Part shown: one piece after another, positions 46,405 through 58,559 of the stretch
Numbering within the stretch: position 1 is the stretch's first letter
How the letters are laid out: every line of letters starts with the position of its first letter
DNA from: Glycera tridactyla
Taxonomy: Eukaryota
Length of the DNA: 64,000 bases
Assembly: GCA_965644265.1 (NCBI GenBank)
Contig: OZ286461.1
Span: forward strand, 97,030,001 to 97,094,000
Reading direction: 5' to 3'
Made by a program: the position numbers and the translations under genes
The notes under the pieces: model-generated
What the model was told of the DNA's origin: nothing
Database searches by the model: none
Seen by the model: only the letters and a program-made list of their open reading frames with translations

Positions 46405-47269
46405 GTGCGAATGTGACACGTGTCGGCCCTCCCGCGAACCTTCCGCGCATAAATCCGTCAGATGGCGGATTCGTAGAATTTGCGGTGAGCGACATCTAGC
46501 GAATCCATCCGAGTTTGCTTTGGTAACTGGCTTCCTTAGCAACATCGTTGTCTTGCCCATCATCCTAACCACAAGTTTTTGTAAGTAGAGCATTGTTTTC
46601 CCCGAATGGAACTTCATAAATCTCGGGACTATTCTCCACGATAGCCGGCCGATGATCGGATCTTCATACCGCACCAATTGGATTGTTAACACTTTCAGAG
46701 AACGCGTTCTTTTCAAGTGCACCAACGAACAGTGCTGAATATTGTTTATTCCCTATTATCACCCAAAGTGAGTTACCCCAAAAATACATCGAGCGTAGTT
46801 ATGTGACAGTTCGGCCTGCATAAGTTGTGTTCTGTTCAATAGCTAGATCTGATGTACTATAGGTGCTATGATATGAGGTTATGTGTATTATCACATGGAT
46901 GGGTCATTTTCAGTGAAGTAATAGGTATCGTAGTCTTCTTCAGTAATGTGTGTGTTACTTAACAGCTGAGTGGAGCACTACTTTTCTGGCTCTTCTTTCC
47001 TGCTCCTGTGATAGGCATTTTATTTATCAATAGATGCACCACTAAATGTGATATATCACAATGACAAGTGGAAAAAGCATTTTTTCGTGTTTCTCATACT
47101 GTTCGGGTGGGGAGGGGAGGGGTAGGCAGTTGAGTACACGTGCACTCGTTTGCTGTCACTCTCGAATGACAACAAGCAGTCTAGAATTGTCCCGCCGTTC
47201 GATTCAATCCTAGAGAAATAGATCCCGGTTTATGGTGCCAGGGAAGCAACTAGAACGCAGTCTTCCTAT

Positions 47270-47490
47270 TTTTGGCTCGCATGCGAAGCTAAATGCGAGT
47301 CTTTGTAATCACGCAGTTGGTCCGGCCGTCCGGCCGTCCGTCCGGCGTGAAGGTCTGAGGTTAAGGTTTTGGTTAAAGTTTTTCTTTGAAGCCCCACTCG
47401 GCTAATATTGCACCTACATTCTTGAAATTTGGTATACATATGCATCAGTAGTTGGACAACATGATGGGAGCATTCTTTTTCATAATCCAT
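47270..47490 (+). mobile_element. HINE/Helentron-associated (DINE-1/pearl-like) repeat
   Basis: TTTTTGGCTCGC...GCGAG head, (GTCC)n-type core, and TTGAAATTTGGTATACA body. Confidence 0.6.
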
Positions 47491-47849
47491 CTCATATAGG
47501 TGGGAAATTCTGAGAGAAAAGAAGACTTTTTATTTGTGAGTTTGGAATTTATTGAGACAGCTGGACCCATTCATCCTGCCTGAGTTGCATAAGACACCAC
47601 AGAAATCTACATGATTCTTCGCCTGTCCTTTCATTGTTTGGGAAGGCTCTCCCGGTGACTCTATTGTTCTGGTTCTGTTACATAATCGTCTAATCAGTTT
47701 CATGCACCAACTGCTACATCAAGCACTGTATAAATAGATGGACCTAAGTTCACTTTGTCATACATACACTAGTATGCATATCCGATTATTTGCTCCCTCG
47801 AGCACAGTATAGATGGACCTCATTTCACTTTCTTATACATACACATGTA

Positions 47850-48213
47850 TGGGTGGGGGTGGGGCCACGGTTGAGGGGAAGTGCTGGGCGGGGGAGGGGG
47901 GGGGGGGGGGTCTGGGGATGGGTGATTGGTGGGGTGAGTTCTGTGGTGGGTGTGGGGGAGGGGTGGTGGGGATTGGTTGGTTGGTTCCGGGTGGGGGGGG
48001 GGGAGGGGGTGAGGGCCAGGGATGGGTAGCAGTAGGGATGGGGGTGGGGAAGATGGGTGGGGGTGGGGAAGATGGGTTGGGGTGGGCTGCAGATATGGGG
48101 TTGGGTGTGTGTGTGTGTGAGGGGGAGGGTGGGGGATTGGTGGGATGGGGGTGGGTGAGTGGGGGAAGGGTGCGGTGGTGGGGCAAACACACACACACAC
48201 ACACGCATGCACG

Positions 48214-48260
<47 letters not shown>
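47850..48260 (+). repeat. G-rich low-complexity tract followed by (CA)n
   Basis: More than 30 G-runs of at least 3 nt in ~330 bp; (CA)n/(CGCA)n at 48186-48259. Confidence 0.9.
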
Positions 48261-48261
<1 letters not shown>

Positions 48262-48379
48262 CCCTTTCGACAAGCGGCGTGCATGCGAGCCTTTTGTGCA
48301 TTTATGCCTTGTTACCAATCTTATCATGATATGAACAAGCCAATATATGGGAACAGATCATAACAAACATTTGAGAAGA

Positions 48380-48740
48380 GTTAGTGTTAAATGCGCGGGA
48401 GCGTTGACAACGCCGTTGTTGTGGATGGTGCCGGGAGCTGAAGCATACGCGCACACGCTCGTCATGCGAATGAAACGCACCATTAAACATCAATTTTCCT
48501 CAACTTCCATTGATTAAACCTACACAAATATGACACCGACGTACTCACGAATGTATGCGCATTGCTCTTGTCGATGACTAACACATTGTCACGGCTGATA
48601 TATTTGAATAAGTCCGTGTTTGTTGAAGCGAAGTTCAACGTGTCTTCCTCTGTGGCTAGCTCTCTAGACGCAACCGCTTCACCAGGTCAACAGTTCACAG
48701 ATCGATCCGCATTTTCTCCGCCAGGTGACCGGAGAAGGTC
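48380..48740 (+). promoter_or_regulatory. CpG-rich probable promoter/first exon of the DYDC gene
   Basis: Local CpG enrichment about 0.5-0.8 kb upstream of the DYDC coding exon, with a possible donor CAG|GTGACC at 48724/48725. Confidence 0.45.
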
Positions 48741-49235
48741 GAAATTCATTTGTTGTCAACTTCAAGGCCATTTCTTCTTGCTATATGATACCATGTGTAT
48801 ACAAAATGCATTCTTTAATAGTTCACTCGTCTTTGGATTTAGAATCCTGCCACCCCCTCCCCATTTCAAGATTTTATCCAACTCAGGGGGGGGGGCTTAG
48901 AAACACACCGATCTTCTATGGATGGCCTGATCCTGAATTTTCATGTTTTTTTCAGTTTCTGGCACTGGTTACACTGTTGAAAATGTGCCAATTGCAGTGC
49001 TCCCACTATTCTGAATCATAATTTTCAGTCACATTTCCATCATCAGTATGTTTCTTTGAATACTAAGTTGCAGCAGAAACTGAGTACAGCATGTCATATT
49101 GATGTTTTCCATATAATCACTCCTCATTTTCCCATTAATTGTATTGACTTGTATTTTCCAACATGATGACTGACATGCAGTTTGCTACATGTGTTGTTTT
49201 CTTTTTGATCATAGGTATCACAATTTCATTTCATC

Positions 49236-52015
49236 ATGGACACAGAATATCTCAAGAAGCATCTTGGCAAGTGCCTGGTGCAATGCTTAACAGAAGTATC
49301 AGAGAAGCGACCTCTTGATCCTATTGAATACATGGGACAGTGGCTTTACAAGCATCTAGAAAATGGCAAACAACAGATGAAGGTAAGTTATTCTCTCAGC
49401 AGAAATTGATCCAGTTATTCCCCCCTTATGAAAAAGAAAAACTAGCTCTCACCTAAGGATCAATCACACTACTGAACTTGTCTGCAGTGACCACTTTGGG
49501 TCATGGTAGCAAGTGGTCATTTTTGACATGGGAATACAAAAGTAGATAACTGGAGATTGGATCACTTTGTAGTGATGTTGGAGACATCTTTATTGATAGA
49601 TCCAAATGTGAGAAGAGGATCTGCAGCTGTGTGCACCGAATGAAGAAAAAAGGTTCATACTCTCTATCTTCTCTACCGGCCTTGCAAGGAAATAGTCTTG
49701 CAATTCTTGGTAGAATATTGAATAAAAGATCATCAAGCAACAATCCAACTCAGCTGAATTCAAAGTTATATTGGGGACACAGAATGAGGAGTCTTGGATG
49801 ATTCAGGGGGGGTCTCTTTGCAGTGAATGATTTAGGGTGGTCTCTTTGTGATGAATCATTCAGGGTGGTCTCTTTGTGGGTTTCACAGTACATGATCATT
49901 GATGAGTACAATTTTGTTGCTGAAAAATAATATTCTCATGAATTTTTATTGCCCATGAATAGGAATGTGGTGAAGCAGATCAGTTGAAGAAAGAAAAGGA
50001 AGCATTTGATGTCGAGCAGGAACGGCAGAAGAAAATGGTGGAGGAGAAGAAGGCCTTGGCACGGGAAGAGCGTGAGAAGAAAGAGGTGAGTTTGCTTGAT
50101 TCTTATTTCTGGACATGGAGAGTAAATTTCATTTTGGATTTCATTTTTGTCTTGCAAGAGATTATACAAGGATGATAAATGAATAAAGAATCACAATATT
50201 ATTTGTGCAAGAATTTGGATTTTGAGAACCATGGTATAAAGCATTAGAGGTCATTGTGTGAAACATCACATTGAGTGTCTCTTTTTCACTTTCCATCTGA
50301 TTGAGGGTTCAGGGCCCTATTTGGCAATGTAGTGGCATAGGTGCTCTCAACTACCATGAATTTCTGAGAAAAGCTTGCTTATTTAAAGCATCTTTTACAT
50401 TTTGGGTGAAAGAGGCCCCATGTCTCCCATCCACGACCCATTGCATCAGTCATTATATAACACTTAGCAAGCTAACATTTTGTTGAAGCGAATATTTCTA
50501 TTCAAGAACTGAAAATCATTTTGACTGAAAGTGAGTCAAACCTGCTGAAAGGACATCTCTCCACAGAGGTAAATCTTTCATGCAAGCATGGTAGTGCTTG
50601 CAGCCCAATAGATGGGCCACCAGTTTAAATTTATGGTCGGACTGCCCTGAGCATGCAAATACTGTACTCAGCAAGAACTTTTCTTGAGCAACCATGCTGT
50701 ATTCATCCAACCAGAGTGATTTCACCTCCTCTGGGTATGCTTCTCTGCATCTTCCCTTGGTTGTATGCTTTGGACAGGTTTCACTGTACCACTTTTTAAG
50801 CAACAGGGAAGCCTTTTTAAGTGGATATGACTGCACATTCAACTGTTCAGAATGATATCTTCATATGGGATATGTTGCAGGCTGCTGAGGCGGCGGCAGC
50901 AGCTGCAGCGAAGGCAGCAGATGATGGAGCTGTTGGCCTAGCAACCGTGGTTGAGAAGGAAGAGCCAGCGGAGGCTGCACCACCTCCAACAGAGGAAGGC
51001 GCAGCTGCGGAGGAAGGAGCAAAGGAAGAGGCACCGGCTGCAGAGGTAAGGCATCATGCACATTCACACACCACTATTTAATGAGATTTCAAGTACAGTC
51101 AGACTCGTACTGAGTAAACACCCATGAGAGAGTGGCTGCTCGCTTCTCAGGGCTCAACTTCCTTTCCACCTCACTGGTTTATATGAAACTGAAAACACTC
51201 AAGAAAGGAAGCATGGCTGCTGGGGGCAATGCCTTACTCTTGGCAAAAGACAGCTGTTGTTCTTCCATATGCATGGCTCCTTTGAAACCCCAGTTGGCAT
51301 GCACTGGGTTAGTGTGCACATGATTAAAATTTGTTGAAATATTCTCTTTTTTTGCAAATTATGGAATTTGTCTGTCGAACCAACTTCCAGGAAAATGTGT
51401 TTCTTCTTTTGCACATTGTAATACTTTTCTCTGACATTATAGTCATTTACAAACAAGCAACAATTGTTTGATTGTGGAATGGCACCTCACAAAAGTGGCT
51501 GCTTAATGCAGAATCAACTGTACATTCACCAAGGAATAGATGGATTATAAAACTACAAATATGAAGAGTTTGCCAGTCAAAATGTACAATTGATGATTAT
51601 ATGTGAATCAGATGAATTACAGCAATAAATACTACTTTTTAAAACGCCATTTGCTCTGGACTTCCAGTTTTCTTGATCTCTCACTGGGAGGCTCATTAGA
51701 ATCAAGAGTGGAAGACAATTATTTAATTCAAACAGATCTGGATGAATTTTGTTGGATGTATTTTGTTCAGGCTGAGGTCCTGATAGGATAACATAGATCA
51801 TGGACTTGACATGTTTCACATATACTGTATTTCACTCAGAGTTGATGCATTGTGAGGTTGGGTGTCAGTATTCACTAGTTCACGTGGTTCCTTGGTTTCA
51901 TTAATTTCAGGAGGGTGAGGCGACAGAGGAGGCCCCAGCAGAGGGAGGCGAGGAGACGGCACAAACAGAAGAAACGCCCGCAGAACCAGCGCCTGAAGAA
52001 GCTCCTGCGGAGTAA
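49236..52015 (+). CDS. DYDC1: DPY30-domain-containing protein (DYDC1/2-like), 179 aa. Exons 49236-49382, 49963-50085, 50881-51045, 51911-52015.
   Basis: MDTEYLKKHLGKCLVQCLTEVSEKRPLDPIEYMGQWLYKH matches the Dpy-30 dimerisation motif of DYDC1 (recalled as [40 protein letters not shown]). A Glu/Lys coiled coil and an Ala/Glu/Pro-rich tail follow. All three introns are phase 0 with GT-AG, and the stop is TAA at 52013-52015. Confidence 0.9.
49590..49745 (+). mobile_element. Highly decayed fragment of the LINE RNase H region inside DYDC intron
   Basis: CCAAATGTGA...ATCTGCAGCTG and GGCCTTGCAAGGAAAT blocks match 20158-20350. Confidence 0.5.
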
Positions 52016-54134
52016 CATCAGCACATAGACTTTTCATACGTTGGGGGGGGGGGGGGGGGGGTCACTCGCTCTGGTCAATTTCCCATAGGAACCAAATATT
52101 TTGTATCAACTTAGATTGGTGACTTGATTCTGCAAAACAATGTAAGGTGTTAAGAATATCAACTTCTCACCACAATCAAATCTATTGTTCAATGTAGTTA
52201 GTCTATGCATTCTCACATCCCACTCATGCACATTGCATGGGAATCTCAGTGCAGCCCACTCAGTGCTGAAGATACCCCAAACAGCCAAACAATCCATAAT
52301 ACTGCCAGACCTGCCTTCTCTCTGCATTAGCCAATAAGGCAAAGCCCCAACTATAAATTGAATGAATCCATATTGCAAGTGAGGCAGCTCTGATTCTCAA
52401 CATGTACATGTACTGCTTCCAGAGTACATGTGATGTAACATGAAATAACAGCTTTAATTTCCTCAGTAGGCAAACTTGAGAGTGGTGACTTCCTCCCCTC
52501 CCCTTTACTGTTCTTTATTTGTTGTTCATGTCTTCATATACATCACATATTCCTCCATTGATAGACTTCACATCTGTGGACTGTTTTCAGTCTGTTTTGT
52601 GCCACATTGTTGGCGATCCTCATATCAATAGGAACTCTTGGTTTTTATATGTCTGTATAGATAATCATCGCAGTGGCAACTGACATTAGCATTTAATTTT
52701 TAAGGTGACAGAGGGACTTATTACAACCCTAGTTTGGAGGAGATGGCAAAATCAATTGGGATCCTGACATATTTGATCACTGATACATGGCATCTTCAGA
52801 GGAAGATTCAAATTACATATTCAACTCTATATGAATTCCATCAATCCATTTCCTGATTGAGTTTTTAGTTGAACCATACCTATATAATAGGAGATAGTTC
52901 TTTTTCTACTTGCTTCTGTGATATCTTTTGAGATCAGTATTGCTCACCTTTGTGCACAAATATTCTTATGCATGTTTTATCACTTGTTAACCAGTTCACC
53001 ATCTGAAAGATTTTCTACAGCTTTGATGAAAAAATCAACTGGGATAATATGAAGATTAGCCCGTAAGATTGTCTTTCAGTAAGGTGTCTTACGGAGGAAA
53101 GACTTAAGTTATACCATAGACCAAGTTGAGTTAGTAGAATTACACATAATCACTACATATTATGGATGTCTGGAAGAAAATGTGACTTGCACAAACACAT
53201 TGGTAGCTATTCATTCATCTGGTGAATGTAGGTGCTGTCCTCGCAATTTGATCGTAAGCAAATAATTTCTGAGAAATATTCTACCATTTTTATCCAGATG
53301 CATGAGCTGTACATAATAGTCAAGGATGAGATCATTGGTATACAGTACTCTGTTTTGCTCCCATTGTATGTAGAAAAATATCAGATTTGTTGACCTGAAG
53401 ATGGACTGGTCAAGAGCCACTTCAATGAACTCATAAAAAATTCAGTCACAGTTAGATTGGTATCATATTGTGCTTTTTAAGTCACTTTTTCATCAATTTT
53501 GGATACTTTATACATGGTAGAAATTCTAGTTCATACATTTTCCTTGTTCAATTTGATGGTGGAAGAAAGTGTTTATGATGGATGGACTTTGATGTGCAAA
53601 TTGAATGTGATATAAATTATGTACCAACTAGTCCGTCATGAGTTTGTTGATTGTTAAGGGGCTCAGATCCTCATTTACAACTGACATCACAGGAGGTCAC
53701 CAGCCTAGACTCACCCTCCCTGTGGTCTGCTGAAGGACCACACTCCCAGCATCCTTCATGCTCCCGCTCTTTAGCATTGTCATACACAGTCTAATCTGTC
53801 TTAGGCAGCCACTGTACTAAGCAGCCACCTGCCCTAAGCAGCCACTTTTGAATTTCCCACCAGTAGTTTTTCCACTATAATTAGCCTGCTCTAAGCAGTC
53901 ACCTGCCCTAAGCAGCCACTTTTTGCCTTCCCAAAGGGTGGCTGCTTAGGACAGGTTTGACTGTATGACCTAAAACCCACAGGTGAATTCTTCCCCAAAA
54001 CATGGTGTCGCTTTCTTCCGCTTTTTATGAGAGAAATACCAAGAGATTGACAAGAATATCCTCTACTGCATATCTCAATATAAAAACTTTCAAAAACATC
54101 CATCATACATTTTTAGCAAGTTGAAAACAGGATA

Positions 54135-54400
54135 TTATACCCCCGCCCAAATGAAGTTTGGAAGGGGGTATACTGGAGTCATGCTGTTGGTCGGTCGGTC
54201 GGTTGGTTGGTCTGTCCCCAAAAGTATGTCTGGCGAACTACTCACACATTTCTCAAGCTAACTGATTGAGACTTGGCATATGTCATCACCATGAAGTGCA
54301 GATGTGCAAGACACTATTTTCATGCAGATTGGTCTACACTTTCCAGAGTTATTCAAGAATTTTTTTTTTTGTATCTGTGTATTTGGTTGTATCTGTAAGT
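54135..54400 (+). mobile_element. HINE-like repeat
   Basis: TTATACCCCC...GGGGGTATA stem, (GGTC)n core, and GACTTGGCATA body. Confidence 0.6.
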
Positions 54401-55395
54401 TTGGATTTCATGGAGACAGCGGAATCGACGAGGCTGATTTAATTGTCTGGCCTCTCACACTCCCCTTGGCTCTCCTTTCATTATTATGTGAGATTCTCTG
54501 GTAATAGACGTGCTTCCGCTCTTCTCCTATATGACTGTAATCCATTTCGTTGCTCTCCATAATTACATAACAGACCCTCAACACACAAACACACACATGG
54601 ATACACACACATAGTTAGTCCTGCTTGAGAGACCACCTCTCCATACAGACCACCTGTCTATAAACATCTCCCTGAGCTGCTACCATGATACCTTTTTCAC
54701 TGGTAAATGACCTCTATCAAAACCACATGTCTACAAAGGCCACTTTTTGGTGTGACAGGTGGTGGCCTTTATAGACAGGTAGGCTATGTCTTGGCCATAT
54801 TGCATACATTCTTAGTATCAAAGTGGCAGGGGTATTTTTAGTCACCTCTGTGACAAAGCTCTAGTTATTAACTACTCCATTAATTGCCACTTCAATCTCC
54901 TATGATCAACCTGTATTACTCAGGTCCTACGGGTCCGATTTTCAAGGGGATTGTATCAAATTCAATCCACATTTGCTGACTAAAGGGTGAATAACTGGAC
55001 TCCAACTTCATGTCAAAGGATAGTAGGTTGCGGTTCTCCCGGGATACCAAGATCACTTCCCGGACTTTCATGGGGAGATTGTTATTGCCACATGTCCGGC
55101 TATATTGTGGCAGCCTGATTTTGCCTTGCTGCAGACTTCCATGATCCTGAAGGATGCCCATCTAGCTACGGCATCTCTCAGAACTCTCCAGGAGGCAGCT
55201 CATTAGTGGCCCACAGTCGTCTCCAGTCCCTCTTCCTTCATGGTATGAAGCTACAAGGCCACATCCTCCCCGATTGAAGCATTTCAAATTCAGTGTTGTG
55301 ACAGCAAAATCTACTGACGACATATTTCATGACACACGATGTGATACATCATAATAATGATTTTTATGATTTTCAGTATTAGAAAAAATAAAAAG

Positions 55396-55556
55396 CAGTC
55401 GAACCTGCTCTAAAGACCACCGCTCTATAGAGACCACCTCTCTATAAAGACCACCCTGAGCTGCGACCGTGGTAGTATTTTCAACAGTAAATGACCTCTC
55501 TATGAAGACCACTTTTTGATGCGACCGAAGGCGGTCTTTATAGACAGGTTTGACTG
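55396..55556. mobile_element. Same MITE superfamily
   Basis: CAGTCGAACCTG ... CAGGTTTGACTG|TA with GACCAC/TATAGA repeats; inverted relative to the copy at 5734-5871. Confidence 0.85.
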
Positions 55557-56315
55557 TACTTTGTGGGGATACATTGAGTAATATTTGTGTTTAAGGAATC
55601 ACAGAATCCACGACATGATGGAATATAGCTGTCCCACCACTACTCTATTTGTATACTAACCCCTCCCCCCCCCCCCCCCACACACACACACACCCTCCTT
55701 GCTGGGGCAGACATTAACAAGAATCAACGGGGGGGGGGGGCTGGCTTGAGTTGCCTATCCCTCAGTATATGCTAGTCCAACTCATGTCCCCGGAAAATAC
55801 AGCCAACCCTTCATAATTCTCGGAAATCTGGGAATGGCAGAAGGATCAGCAACACTGCAAATTGATTGCCCATGACCCATTGGTGACTGCTATAAACAGA
55901 GATCCTGTACTCCCACCAGGACCAGGACCATGCCCATCGTAGCATCAAACATATCCCATCCTGGTCGTCTAACCTGGTTGCATCAAAGTGGCCTTTATAG
56001 ACAGGTCATTTTCTGAAGATGATCTCATGGTCTCAGCTCAGGTAGATTATTGTACAGAGGTGTTTGTTGTATAGGGGCAGTTTAGATGGCTCAAAATTCA
56101 TACACATTTGTACGCATGAGTAATGAGGTAATGAGACTATGTTTAGTGCAACTTCCAACCATGGCAAGGGTGATGAAACCGGCCAAGTGGAGGCCAGTGA
56201 ACTGATCCCATGTTCGCTGCGTAACACAATGGCCTAAAATAACTGACCTAGTGGAAGCTATGTGAATGAATCTCATGTTCACATGGTAACACCACAGTCA
56301 ACATTTTTAATAACA

Positions 56316-56619
56316 GAAATGACACCTTGAGTGTCTGTAAATTTCATAAATTTTCGCCTTCTGTTGGGGATCCAGAAGGAGGTTGGTTGGTTGGTTGGTT
56401 GTGGTTTAACGTCACGTCAGCACCATCTGGGCTATATTGTGACGCCCATGCAATGGGCATGGGTGGGATCTTCCAAGACTCCTCCTTCTGGGTCCCAAAC
56501 GGAAGGTGAAATGATATGAGTCTTGAATGATCCCACCCATGCCCATTGCATGGGCGTCACAATATAGCCCAGATGGAGCTGACGTGACGTTAAACCCCCA
56601 ACAAAACAAACAAAACAAA
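56316..56619 (+). mobile_element. SINE with a second SINE copy inserted in inverted orientation (56382-56517)
   Basis: The forward copy breaks at GAAGGAG|GAGTCTT, with a reverse-complement copy between the two halves. Confidence 0.88.
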
Positions 56620-57494
56620 TGGTACATTGAAAACCTGACCGGGAGCACTTCTACCAAGATTTTGTTGGTCAATAAACCCAAGCAACTGATGACTGAAGGC
56701 TACTAGATCGAGTAGTGTGCTCCATCTCCACTAATAATGGTTCGATTTTCATAATCTAAAATCCAAAATAATCAGCAGAGAGCGCTCTCTGCTGCCATGT
56801 GCATGTCAGGCAAAAACACGGAAATCCGCGGATCCGCGGAAGAATCACATCCCTGCCTCTGACATGACTGCTTTTTCAGGGCATTTTTTTTATGACATAG
56901 TCAAATATCCTATGTCCTAAGCAAGAACTTGCCCTAAGCAACAGGTATTTCCTCATCCCATTAGAGAGTATTTTCAACTATAATTGACATGCACTAAATA
57001 TGAACTTGTTATAAGCAGTTTTTTTTTGCTTCCCGAAGCTTCATGCTTAGGACGAGTTTGACTGTACCACTTCAAGAATAGGGTATGGAACATGTTGATT
57101 GACAGCATGCATTGACTCTAAGGATTATGCGTGCCAGTTGTTCTTGATGTATGAAAGCTTAATGTTCTGTCTCTGTTAGGCATCACTCACAAACTCTCAA
57201 GCATATGTTGGGAGAACCTGGAAGGTTGTCAAATGGAAGTAGTTGTCAATCCTGACTCCCCTCCATAGTTAACAGTACAGATCTTCTCAATATAAACAGG
57301 CTCAAATGGAATCGAATGTATGCCAAAGTACATTTGTATTCTTGGAATTGAATAGACTCTAGGTGAAACCTCTGGAGACAGTCCTCTTTTGAGAGACTGC
57401 TTTTGATCAGTTCATTTCTATTCGGCATAGTCAAATATACCTCCAATGAGACCACCTTTTTGGAGAGAACACTCATGGTTGGCATTTGAAGATT

Positions 57495-58559
57495 TGCTTG
57501 TTTGTTTGAGGTCTAACGGCATGTATCAACCCTAGGTCCGATGAAAGCTAGATGTTCTCTCCTGCAGACATCTCTCTCATAAACCCTGAACACGAGATGA
57601 ACCTGAGAGGTAGAAATTACCTTCATACTTGATATTTCCTTCTTGTCAGCCCTGGCCATATCAGTATTTGTACGAGAATGTTCCTCCCTGCATCCCTCGT
57701 CTGGCTACGAGATGTTGCTGTCACCAACAGGTAGCTAACAGTTCAGGCACACCTCTACCTACTCTTCATGAACAAACTGAATCTGATGATGGCATATCTA
57801 ACTATGTAACTGGATGGAAGCTAAATCATGCCTGATAGCAATGCTTTTTTGCAACGCGCAGCACTTGACACTAGTGTTAAGACGATTCGCTCAGAAATCG
57901 ATTTAATCGATCGAATTCGGTTTCGATTCTACTAATCGATGTTACTTTGTCAGAATCGATTTTTCGGCTTTCATTTTCAGCAGGACAAATTTCATCATTA
58001 AATATATTTTTTCTAGAATAATCAGGATCCTGTTATCATTTTTCAAGATTTATTAGTCTATCTTTCACTCTTCAGCAACTTTTGACTCTTTTTACAAATG
58101 AACTCTTGTCTTCTCACTTCTCAAGTCATGTCAGTCACCATCCTTCATGCATTAAATCAGTCTTCTTTGACACTTGACTAAACATCGATTATAATCGATT
58201 AATCAATCGAAATAAATTCCGATTAATCGATTCCCAAAATAGGTACCGATTCCTAACACTACTTGACACAAGCATTAGGTTCGGAGATGAGGTGTGCCTG
58301 GTACCCGTTTTTTGCATAGTGACAATATCTGCAAAAGGCAAACCATTGGCTACCTACACCTGAGACCATTTTGCTGAAGAAATAAGAAAGAGCTTAACGG
58401 GCTACAAAAGTGGTGAAGAAAAAAAGCATGCTGATAGTGTAATTTTGATAGAAAATACCTGAAGACATATGATCTGAAGGTATGTTTCATTCAACTTCTC
58501 ACACCCGCGCCCATTGGTGGCTGCAATCTATAGAGACCCCGGGCTCCCACCCTACCCAC
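57495..58559 (-). mobile_element. Full-length copy of the long non-coding retroposon, interrupted by a hAT MITE
   Basis: It has the same 5' start (GTGGGTAGGGTGGGAGCCCGGGGTCTCTATAGAT...CCACCAATGGGCGCGGG) and the same body and tail as 25371-26167. Confidence 0.85.
57872..58261. mobile_element. hAT-type MITE with an 8-bp TSD
   Basis: TIR TAGTGTTA(A/G)GA, TSD CTTGACAC (57864-57871, 58262-58269), and many subterminal ATCGAT motifs. Confidence 0.9.

Noticed and set aside
46390-46725. 111-aa minus-strand ORF in CpG-rich sequence
   Set aside because: No recognisable domain or splice structure; probably a transposon-end fragment.
47790-48363. Gly-rich and Pro-rich ORFs on both strands
   Set aside because: They are translations of a G-rich low-complexity tract and (CA)n, with no splice or codon support.
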